A stretch of DNA of 64,000 nucleotides from Vicugna vicugna (Eukaryota), in the NCBI GenBank assembly GCA_013265495.1, contig MU058584.1, positions 1,648,616-1,712,615 of the forward strand, in the 5' to 3' direction. Both the position numbers and the translations under genes were made by a program. A model generated the notes under the pieces. The model had not been told where the DNA came from, did no database searches, and saw nothing but the letters and a program-made list of their open reading frames with translations. Of this stretch, positions 37,309 to 48,200 are shown in pieces; within the stretch, counting starts at the first letter, position 1, and each line of letters starts with the position of its first letter.

Positions 37309-37854
37309 TTGGTTTAAAAAAATGAACAGTGTATTTGCCAGCAAACATTTTTATCTTCTCTGCTATTTAAATCTACATAAAGATTAGAAAACAAAAAGGA
37401 AAGTGAACATTTTCATTTTCATATTTTGAAAAAAAATATTTCTTTTGAATCTAACAAAAAACTCTAGGCCTTTTCTGTTCCTCTTTCTAGGTCCTCTCTC
37501 TCATCTCTCTCAAGCAAGGAGAACATTAGAGAGAAAAGACACATCAGTACATTATAAATAACACACCAGATGAAGAAAGTCAGAAATGAGCATTAAAGAC
37601 CCTCTTGCTTTACTTGCCTCCTCTTTCCTGGGATCCTAAGGCAAACATCCAAAAATGGACATTGTGCCCCAAAATGCTGGTCACCGATAAGGTTCAAGTT
37701 ATTAATTTTTATCTTCTGTTAATTGATCAAAAGAGACACTGCCTGTATGAACTCACTTATTCCATTTTCCATAGCTCATGAATCTGGCTGGGGGCAGCAC
37801 TGAGAAAGGAATTCAGATTGCTGAGTAAAATATAAAAGTTAAAAAACAAGGTCA

Positions 37855-39045
37855 TTTTTTTCTTTATTTTTTATTTCAATATTTTAAAATAGGGGTATAA
37901 TTTATATATGAATTTTAAGTGTACAGTTTAATGAGTTTTGAAAAATATATGTGTTCATACAACCACTACCCCAATAAAAATCCAGAATAATGTCACCACT
38001 CCAGCAGGTTCCTTTCCCCATCAATGCTTCCTCTCTGAGGCAATCGCCATACTGAACTCTCTCCCCACAGCCTAATTTTGCCTATTCTATGACAATATAA
38101 ATGAAATCATGCAATGTGTACTCTTTTGTGCCTGGCTTCATCCACTCAACCTGGTGTGTTTGCAATTCATTCATGCTGTTATTACGTGTATCAGTAGTTC
38201 AGTTCCTTTTCACTCCTGGGTAGTATTCCGTTGCAGGAGGACACCATAATTTGTTCAACATTCAGCAGTTAATGGCTATACCAGCTGCTTCAATTTTTTT
38301 TACTGTAAGAAATAAATCTTATATGAAATTTTTGTTCAAGTCTTTTATGTATGTATGTTTATATTTCTGTTGGCAGTAGAATTCCTGGGTCATAGGCTAA
38401 ATATGTGTTCAACTCTACAAGAATCTGCCAAAAAGCTTTCCAAATGGGAAGCTGTTTAGAATTTCCATCAGCAATAAATAAGGAGCCCATTTGTTCTGCA
38501 TCCTTTCCAACATTTGGATTTGTTAGATTTTTTAATTTTAGTTATTCTAATGGGTCTTCAATGATATATCATTAAGATCTTTATTTGCAACATCTTGATT
38601 AATAATGATACTGAGGACTATTTCACAAGGCTGTACATTTACTCTCTTTTATGAAGTATATGTTCAAGCCTTTTGACAATTGTAAATAGGATGTTTGTCT
38701 TGTTTCTCTTTTTATTGTTGATTTGTTGTATTTTAGATATGTGCCTATTGTCATATATATGTATTGCAAATATTTTTTCCAGTCTGTGTCTTGCTACTTC
38801 ATCCTTTTGATTATGTCCTCTGATGGACAGAACTTTAAAAATTTTGATGAAGTAAATTTATGTTTTTTTTCCTTTTTGTAGCTACTGATTCTATGTCCTA
38901 AGAAATTTTTGCCTAGTTTAAGGTTGCAAAGAAATTCACTTTTGCTTTCCTCTTAGAGCTTTATATGATCTATCTCAAATTAATTTTTGTGTATGGTGTG
39001 AGGTAGGGGGTCAAGATTAAAGGGAAAGAAATTTTTCCTGTCCAA
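37855..39045 (-). mobile_element. L1ME-like 3' end
   Basis: 'ttttaagtgtacagtttaatgagttttga', 'aatcatgcaatgtgtactcttttgtg', 'ttaatttttgtgtatggtgtgaggtagggg'. Confidence 0.85.
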
Positions 39046-40089
39046 CACTGAAAACTAAATTCTATGTATGATACATGTGCAAGCTCCCATACATATATAA
39101 ATGTGTATATATGTAAAATGTCATGATATATTGCTATCTTTAGATACATATTGAACAAGCATACTTAATTCATCATGACTAATAACCATACAAGGGTGCA
39201 GGAATCAGCAGGCCATGACTGCTTCTTCCAAAGAGGTCAGGATAGGAGGTCAGGCTAACAAGTAGTTTGGAAAGTTTTTACCATACTGATAAAAATTGAC
39301 ATCTTCAAATCAAGAAACTGAGGAACCAGAGGAATACACGTGTAAGAAGATTTGAAGCCACCTACAGTTAAAGGGTTTGGCTAGCATTTCAAGAAGTAAT
39401 GAATTAGTCTCTAGGATCTCTCGGGAGGTAGATAGGAAAAGAAATCATTAGACTTTGATTTATGCTTGGGAAAAAAAACACATTACATCCAATAATGATG
39501 TGAGACATACGATCCCAGATGTGGAAACATAACCAGAGGAAAAGAACACATATTAGCTATGAGTTCAATATCTTGGAGGGAGATACAGATATAGTGCATG
39601 TGTATCTAAAATCCCTTTAGATAAACATTTTTAAAAATCAACAATTATTTATGGGCATATGTAGTTGACATTTAATATCCTAACTCACCTCAGACTACTG
39701 AAGTAGGCGTGTAAGACAATTATGATCTTGCTCTGAAGCACATTTTACTCCACAGTCTGTTCATTTCTGTGAGACTACACTATGGTATGTATGTTTCCCT
39801 GTATATCATTACTAAATTTATCTGTACCAACTTTACTACTACCAGATACCCTGAGGTTTTTTTCTTCTTCATTTTCATGGGCAAAAATATGACAAAAATG
39901 AATTGGTAGAAGATCTTCCAGTCTGCTAAGGCATCCTCATGAAATTATTTAGAACCACACAATAAAAGAATGTAAAAGATCTAAAAAGTTTGTTATTAGT
40001 AAGATAGTCATGCTTACATGAATTTGGAATGCCTGTTAAATACAGATAAGTGAGTTTTTCCTTTAGAATGTCTCAGACACCCCTGCATG

Positions 40090-40231
40090 ATACTCTGTGT
40101 TATGAATACAGTATATTATGTTTCTCAAATGTATTTGACCATGGAGCACCTTATTTACATCTTCTGGAATAACATCCCGTTTACATTTTCTGGAACAGTG
40201 TACCCTGGAACACAAGTCTGAGGAATGATGG
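40090..40231. mobile_element. MER103-like hAT-Charlie fragment
   Basis: 'caaatgtatttgaccatggagcacc...aacatccc...ggaacacaagtctgaggaatgatg' followed by gtctag. Confidence 0.55.
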
Positions 40232-40449
40232 TCTAGTTTAGACCAACCTGTAGTAATAACCCTGAGCCCTCATCTCTTGCAATCCCTAATGCCTACAGAA
40301 ATTTTAATTTTCCTTTGCATACCTTTTTAGCCATCATACAACCCTAATGAGGAAAGACAATAAAATGTGATGGTTTTATACTAAAATTTGGTGGGCCTCA
40401 CACTGGCTTGCAGCAGACTTCTCTGTTCAAACCTCATCCGGTAGCCCCT

Positions 40450-40800
40450 AGCCTAATAGCTTGTCAAATCACAATGTAATTCATTCTTTTTTCCCCCTTG
40501 AACCTGCTGGAAGAGTTAGTATGTAAATTTCAACCTATTTTTAAGGGTTATTTTCACTCAAGTGAAATCTATCAAGGAAGGAGGGTTATTTTTACAGCAT
40601 ACAGCGACTGCTGATCACCATGGCAACCGGCCTGGTGAAATGCAATAAAGCATCCCTCTGTTATCGTAAACACAAAAGGGAAACACTGAAATCTAAAAGA
40701 AAGGCAATTATTGCAGGGGAAAGAAACAACATGCCAATGGAACACTTGCAATATCGTGCGACTTCACCCAGCCACACAGTATGTCCAAAGCTAGTCCTGT
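40450..40800. promoter_or_regulatory. Candidate enhancer with MEF2, NKX2, GATA, RFX and FOX motifs
   Basis: CTATTTTTAA 40535-40544, TCAAGTG 40558-40564, CTATCA 40569-40574, ATCACCATGGCAAC 40614-40627, GTAAACA 40666-40672, in sequence with no recognisable repeat. Confidence 0.5.
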
Positions 40801-42521
40801 CCAGCCTTTGGGCTCTGCTGGTTGGGACAAAGGTGAGGCACAGCGTCCGTGGAAGAACTAGGGCTGTTTTCACTCCTAAATGACAAAATCACACACACTA
40901 TTTCAAACCAATATAAACTTTTTTTTTTCCTCTGTTCATTTCTTAAAACATGAAATGGGCTCAGAAAAGATAGACATTAGGGAGGAGGAAAAAATACCCA
41001 CATCATTCTGATTTTCTTTAGGGAAATATATTCTTGTTGGCTGTGAAATTGTGGATAGAAAACAAACAAAAAAAAAACCAGTCTGCATAGATCACAGCAT
41101 TTTTTTGTCTTCACATAGCTTCTCCTCTCTTAATTGTCTTTTTCTAGAATGATTGGTAAATTCCAAGTAGATGAAAGCAAAGCCACTGTTAACAGTTCCT
41201 AAAATTTAGATTCAGTAAGCTCTGAGGTTCATGTGAAATCCAGGGAGTCGAGGGTGTTGGAAGACATATAAATTGAGATAAGTTAAAGTGTAAGAATTTC
41301 TCTGCCTATATTGTAGGTGAGGGAATTGGGGTCCATAAGTGTTTGAGTAAAAGTTGAGCTGAATACAAAGCGTGGCCTGGAATTGTAGGTCAAGCATTAG
41401 ATCAAGAGTTAAAAGACTTACCAAGTCATTTTATTTTTCGAAGGTTTATTTTCACGCCCACATGTGTCCTGAGTATCAGCTTCTCCCTTTTCCACAAGAA
41501 CTACCTCTAACTAGTTTATTTAGGGATGAGGGAGAATTGCCCATGTCTGCTCCCTGGCCGTGACCTTGAGCACTGCTCTGATGCACTGCTGTGGGCGCCA
41601 TTCACTTAACTACACGCAGAGCCTGGGGATCACAGCACACGCTCTCCCCTGACACAGGTCTGCCCCCTCCACGTGGAGCTTTGTGGAGGTGAGCAGGGTG
41701 TTCTCCTTCAAATAACTACCACGCGGAGTCTGCGTTCATTGACTTTACTATGTTTGCGTAAAACTAAAGGGAATTACATCATCTGAAACAAGACAGTAAA
41801 ACTGGCGAGTTGTATATTTATAGTCCAAGGAGAAAGTACCCAAGGTTAAACGCTTTGTGTGTACGCTTCAGTTATGGAACTTGTCTTCTGGTCTGTAATT
41901 CTCTTTGAAGAAAGCACCTTCCTTTTGTCTTCCTCTTCCTATTTTCAGCACGCACATCTCCAACACCTTTCTGAGCACTCTACCTCTTCCTCGCTGAGGT
42001 TGGGCTCATCTCGAGATCTGTCTCCTGCCTCCATCACTATTCTTCAAAATATATTTATTAAGCACTTACTATGTGCCAAATAATGATCCACATCTTGGTG
42101 ATACCACAGTGAAGAGACCTTTGAAAATCCAGGTCTCATGGAGCTTGTAATATAGCAGATGGGTGATGAAGTAGTAAACCAAACGTGAAGTATATCAGAT
42201 GGAGATACATTCTCTGGAGTAAAACAGAGCATGAAAGAAAGCTGGTCAATACAAGGGTGGAGGGAAGGATAAAAATTTTAACAGGATGTGTAGGAAAGAC
42301 AATCCTGAGAGTGTGACATTTGAGCTAGAAAGAGGTGAAGATGTAAAGCACATAAAAATAGAGATAGATGGACATTCTAGTTTGAATGAATGAACTTACA
42401 AGGGTGCTGAGACAGGAGAAAACCCAGAATCTAGTCGATTCATGTGGCAAGAGCAGAGTGAGTGAAAAGAGAAATAGTTTTTAATGAGATGAGGTGGGCA
42501 GAGGAGAAGATCCTGTGTGCT

Positions 42522-42697
42522 TATATAGATAAATGTACATATATGTAAAATAAATATATCACATACATGATAAATGCATTCATATGTACATGTATGGTAA
42601 AGACATATAAATAATAAATGTATGTTATATGTAATGAATATACACATATGTAATATATGATAAATATATATATATTACTATAAGGGTTTATATATAC
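42522..42697. repeat. Degenerate (TA)n low-complexity tract
   Basis: Direct read. Confidence 0.8.
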
Positions 42698-42732
42698 TAG
42701 TGTAAGGACTTCGGTTTTAAAAAGAGGAGTAA

Positions 42733-43010
42733 AGTAAACAAACTTGGTTACCAAAGGGGAAAGCGCGGGAGGCATAAATTAGCAGTTGGGGATTAACAGA
42801 CACACATGACTATATATAAAATATATAAAAAAGGACCTACTGTAGAGGACAAGGAACCATATTCGATTTCTTGTAATAACATATAATGGGAAAGAATCTG
42901 AAAAGAAAAAATATATGTATATATATATGTATAACTGAATCACTTTGCTGTATACCTGAAATTAACATTGTAAGTCAACTATACTTCAATAAAATTTAAA
43001 AAAATAAAAA
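42733..43010 (+). mobile_element. Cetartiodactyl-type L1 3' tip with 15-bp TSD
   Basis: 'ggttaccaaaggggaaag...ataactgaatcactttgctgtatacctgaaa...caactatacttcaataaaa'; TSD taaaaagaggagtaa (42718-42732) / taaaaacaggagtaa (43011-43025). Confidence 0.92.
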
Positions 43011-44050
43011 TAAAAACAGGAGTAAGATGACCTAATTTATATTTTAATGGGACGACTCTGACTTTTTGTTCTGGAACATACTGTCAAGAGGCAGGAACAG
43101 AGCGTCTAATTTGCAACCTTTTGCAATAATTCAGAAGAAGGACAATGGTGGCTGAACAAAGATGACAGTGAAAAAAGGAGAAAAAATTTTCTTTTACATA
43201 TATGTTTGTACACACCTATATATTCAAGTCACGGACTACAGGATTTCCTGATGACTTTCCCAAGCTGCATTATTGTACCTAAAATAATGTCTCAGTAACT
43301 CAGGCATGGTGGTCCGTTTTGACGTGCTGGCCTAAGTTCCACAACCATCACAAGGTGGGAGACGGCGCTCCATACCTAGTTACCTCTGAAGTTTTCTCAC
43401 CAGTGGGAGTTAAAAATACATCTCTTTATTCTTCTTACAGTTCGATGGTAAATGTTAAGCGTCTTTCTCATACACGCACCAACCCACCCCTCTGTATGCA
43501 TACATTTATCTGCACATGCAGGCAGGCACACCCATGTACGGACATACACACACCCCATGAGGACAAACAAGAGTTCTGAGATATTTACCATAAAGTAATG
43601 CATCACGAAATGGGTCCCCTGATCACTGATGGCCTCCAGAACACAGCCTGAAATTAGACGCAGAAAGAAAAGCAATGAAACAATTTTCTTCACTTACATT
43701 TTGCAAATCCAAAAAGGGAAAAAAATGATTTTCAAAGAATGTGGTAGCATTCTTAAAACAGATGTATTTATTTGTAAAGAGTCTGAACATGCATTCAGGG
43801 ACTGCTTTGGAAGTTCGACCCCATTGACATTCAGTTAACAGGGTACAGTTCTTTTCAGCCAGCATTTCATCTTTGTGTTTCCATGTTAATGCTGACTTCT
43901 GTTAAATTTGCAACTCTTTCATGAGGCATTGTGTTTAAAATTCTCAAAAATGGGCAGAAGCCTCAAGAGTGGCTTTTGGAAACATCAAAGATGGATAAAA
44001 GTAGGAATAAGGAATACCAGAAGCCATAATTAGATAAACTTGAATCAGAA

Positions 44051-44497
44051 TGTGACTGAAGGCAAGTTTGTGTTCCCCACGAATAAACTGAAACACTGGA
44101 GTTTGGATCAGAGAAAGGTTTATTGGAGGGTCAAGCAAGGAGGATGGGGTGGCTCATGCCCAAGAAAACAGCCAACTCCCTGAAAGTTTTCAGCAAAGCA
44201 TAGTTAAAGACCAGGAAAGGGTTGGGGTGGAGCAGATCGCAGGTACATGAGCAGCTTGTGCACGATTCTCTGATTGGTTGATATCAAAGTAACAGGGCGG
44301 TCAACACTATCAAACCCTAGGCGCCCACGTGCTCTCCATCACCAAGTAGCTCATTTCTTCCCTTTGGTGGTAGTTGTTAGCATCTGAAAAACTCAGGAAA
44401 TGTACATGAGATATTGTCATCAGAGATGACTTAACAGCAGAGGTTATAGGGGAGAGGTCTGTCCTGGGAAGGCCCCACAGGGTCCTGCTCGGTTACA
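44051..44497 (-). mobile_element. ERV1-class solo LTR, copy A
   Basis: TG...CA ends (tgtgac...gttaca), antisense AATAAA (tttatt ~44119), flanks agaa/agac; colinear with 47138-47612. Confidence 0.85.
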
Positions 44498-46899
44498 AGA
44501 CTTCAGTACATGCTGCTACAAATATATTTATGAGTACCATAACCTTATTTTGAAGAGGTTGCAGAATAAAAGGGCAAACCCAAAGTATGAAGATGAATTT
44601 GCCCAAACTGGATCTTACTGGACTGCACATATTATTCTCAAACAGGACCACGAAGTCATTGAAGTTTTTGCAACACAGCAGGACAAAGCATAGTCATCTT
44701 TCTAGTAAAGTGATTGTCTTCCCTTTGAACAAAATTAAACAATGTTCCAGTAAAAAAAAAAAAAAGGACCGTTTTTGTTATCAGCAACAGGGAAAAGAAG
44801 AACATGCCACAAGTATGATTCAAAGTGACACCCCTGGGATCGGTGCCCCCGCCCCGAATGGGTTCAGGTCATGCTCTTCCTGTGATACTTGTGCAACATT
44901 AGTGACAAAGGGATTCCTGGGAGATAACCCAGAATAAAGCACTAGCAATTTTGAAATCAAAAGACACCATCTGGACATTACAGAACACAAAGTGAAAGAG
45001 CAAATGCTATGGTTTATGTCTGGGGGCAGGTATCTTGCTTCATAGGTGGATGAAATGACAGGTGTGCAGAGTCTGCAGCAGCTCCTGACACGTATCTGGT
45101 AAAAGAGAGGGATTAGGAGGACAATTCTGTACATCACTGGGGAGCCATGTTACAGGAAATACAATGTTTTTAATTACTCGGTGAGATATAAACTGAAAAT
45201 AATACACTGTGATCAATTCTAGCAGAAAAGCAGGTATGTAAATAGAACAGATATGCCGCCAAGGCCCATCCGTACAGTCTTATTTCCAGAGACTACTTGT
45301 TTCATCTGTGACTCATTATCCTAACGCACATTTGAAGGAAACAGTGATTTGTGAATGTGGTCAAACCATATGCATTTTTTTTTCCAGCATGTCAGTGTAG
45401 ACCATTTCTAAGACTGTATATGGCTTGTTCTAAGTGGTCCAAAGTGGTGATAAAGTGTGTACCCATCACTTTGGGTGAAAACACTCAAATTTTTAAAATG
45501 TTGAGGTGAAGATATTAGCAATTTTTTGAGAAAGCCAAACTGTGGTGCAAACATTTCAATCAACCGAATTTTACTTTTGGTTGTTGTTTAATTTTTTATC
45601 ACTTGAAAAAGGGATCAGTTGACGATAATGTGTAATATTTTAAAACTACATCAAAATGTCTCAGTAATAATGGGAAGATCTACTTTCCAGAGTCCAATGA
45701 AGGCTGAAACAGTCTTTAGTGTGATGGGCTCTGCACCATCACCGTAGTATTTGTCACGTGTTATGAAGAAGTCTCTCAATTTCTGGGTCTTTGATCTGAG
45801 CATCTAGAACTCATTGACAGAACCACCAATATATACTTACTCTTCACAGTAACCTGTACGTGTAAATTAGCATTTTTTACATTGACGGAAGAGTAAGAAA
45901 ATAAGTTAGAAGATGTGAAAATTGTACGACTAACATATTAAACAAATCATACATTTGTTTTGACCTTTCACTCTGACTTCAAAATTTATTATGTAAGGAG
46001 AATCTTTCCTCCTTGACCTTGGATTTTTTAAAAAAAAATTGTGTGTGTGTGTATGTGTGTTTTGGTGGGTGAAGGTCAGTTCCATGACTCTTATGCTTAC
46101 TAACAGAGAGCCCTTGGTTACTGTGGTTCATAAACACAGTCTCAGTTCATGAATGTCATTAAATTCCGAATTTTATTTTATGATAAATCTTCTCTCCACC
46201 ATTGGCCCCCTGATAACTGTCTGCTTCCAGAGCTAGAGGGGTTGGCTGGTCCTTCTTTTTTCTTTCCTTGCTTAGCGTTGCCTCTCCTGCTCCTTCTTCA
46301 TGCTTGCAATCTTAACCAGGGAAAGGAAACTAAAGGAAAAAGCCCCAGTTTGACTGGGGCAGTGCAGCTGTCTTCCAGTCTCAGGGCTCATTACGGGCAG
46401 ACACCCAAAGAAGGACAGTCTCTTGGATTTTTTTATAGGTGGTACTTCCATGGATGGGATTTTTCGCTGCAGCTCCCATAACTCTGACAGGACTCTCCTT
46501 AAGGTGGCTTTTCTCTCCTCATCCCCTGCTTCACTCCACACCCAGAATCTCTCTGTTGAAGCCTCATTGCCATTTCCAGGTGGTCTTGAGCAGGACATAA
46601 AATGTCTTCAAGCTGGTGTTCTTTTCTGTTCTGTGTCACATGTGTTCCACCAAAAGCACTCATACATTACAGCCACTGATTTTGAAAATCTGCATTTTGT
46701 TCTCACCCCACATTTAGGTTTTTTGCATCTATTGCATCTTGGTTTCTTGGCAAAGCTTCACTTTTTAACATGACCTACAATTTCAAATCATACTTTCCCT
46801 TTAAGTCATGACCGCTAACCTCAAGCAGACCATTAGGGTTACTCAGCTCTCCTTCTCTATTTCCCTAGTCAGTTTGCTGTTCAGCCTTCTAAATTAATA

Positions 46900-48070
46900 T
46901 TTCATGCCTCCTTCACACATCTTAAACCACTGAGATTTCTCTCCCCCTCGTTCTCAACTCATGGCATGCCTTCTTACTTCCCTGAGAAAATAGAAGCAAT
47001 CAAAGGAGAAGGAACTTCTACATTGCCACCACTAAATACACCGAACAATCTGCCTATGTACCTATGTAAAACTGCTTCCCCAACCATTAAATGAATAAAC
47101 ATCCTCCACCCTTATCTCCATTTATTATCTGTACTTCTGTTACCAAAGGCAAGTTCATGTGCCCGACGCACTATGAGGCTAAACAAACTGAATTGTCGGA
47201 GTCTGGAGCAGAGAAAGGTTTATCGCAGGACTGAGCAAGGATGTGGGTGGCTCATGCCCAAGAAAACCCTGAACTCCCTGAAAGGTTTCAGCAAAGCATA
47301 TTGAAAGTCCAGGTAAGGGAGAGGGGTTGCAGGGTGCGTGATCAGCTCATGCACAATCCTCTGATCCACTGATGCTGAGGGAACGGGGTGGTCAACACTG
47401 TCAACTCCAAGGTGCCAGAAGGTCTGAGGGCCACGTGCTCTCACTCATGAAGTAGTTAATTTCTTCCTTTTGTTGGCGGTTTTTAGCATCTGAAAAACTC
47501 AGGAAATATACAGGAGATACTTTCATCTGGGTCCTTCGAAGAGGAGCTGCAGGAGAGGGTATGGGGCAGGGGTCTGACCCTGGAAGGCCCCACAGGGTCC
47601 TGATCTGTTACACTTCAACCCATCAACTTCCAAAATGACGCTGCTCTTCCATTTTCTACCCTCTCTCCTATGTCATCAAAATTTGCCACTCTATTTAGTC
47701 ATTCTTAACGGTATACAAACATGCCACTTCCATCTTTACTGTCTTTTTTTTTAACATCCCTCTACATAAAATGCCTCAGAAGTGATTTCCTATACTTTCT
47801 ATCTCAACTTTGTTCTCCCCATTTTTTTTTTCTTGAATCAACTCCAATTAGGCTTTTATCACTCTGTTCCAATAAAACTCATCTTAGGAAGGTCACCAAC
47901 GGCCGTGCCTCTAAATTATTTTAACTTGACCTGAAAGTGTTTGACACGAGATTTTTCCTGCCTTCATGACTCACTCTCTTCTCTTAGCCTCATGATATCA
48001 CTCTGTCCTGGCTGTCTTCCTTTTCCACTGGCTGCTGCTTCTCTGCCTCCTTTGTTGGTTTCTCCCCGTC
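46900..48070 (+). mobile_element. L2 ORF2 fragment, split by LTR copy B
   Basis: 'ttcttacttccctgagaaaatagaagcaatca', 'actccaattaggctttt', 'aaggtcaccaac', 'tcctggctgtcttcc'. Confidence 0.75.
47138..47612 (-). mobile_element. ERV1-class solo LTR, copy B
   Basis: tgttacc...gttaca with a perfect 4-bp TSD cttc (47134-47137 / 47613-47616). Confidence 0.92.
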
Positions 48071-48074
48071 TTAT

Positions 48075-48200
48075 TAACTGTGACCTTGTGCAAGTTACTG
48101 AGTCCTTCTGAGCCTCCTCATCAGTCAAACTGAATGACTAATAAGATCTGACTCATGAGATTATTTTGAGGATTAAATGAACTAATACATTTAAAGAGTT
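48075..48200 (+). mobile_element. MIR fragment
   Basis: 'aactgtgaccttgtgcaagttact...ctgagcctc...tgaggattaaatga'. Confidence 0.75.

Larger units (their letters stand above)
42040..43170 (-). mobile_element. L2 3' portion, interrupted by an AT-rich tract and an L1 tip
   Basis: 'caaaatatatttattaagcacttactatgtgcca', 'ctcatggagcttg', 'gtgacatttgagc'. Confidence 0.8.

Noticed and set aside
43690..43760. Possible short minus-strand exon (ttttaag ... aat/gtaagt)
   Set aside because: Good donor-like site but AT-rich, non-coding-looking content and no partner exons; unsupported without RNA data.
44051..47612. Single provirus bounded by 5' and 3' LTRs
   Set aside because: Each LTR has its own TSD-like flanks, the outer flanks (agaa vs cttc) do not match, copy B interrupts an L2, and no PBS/gag/pol is evident in between.
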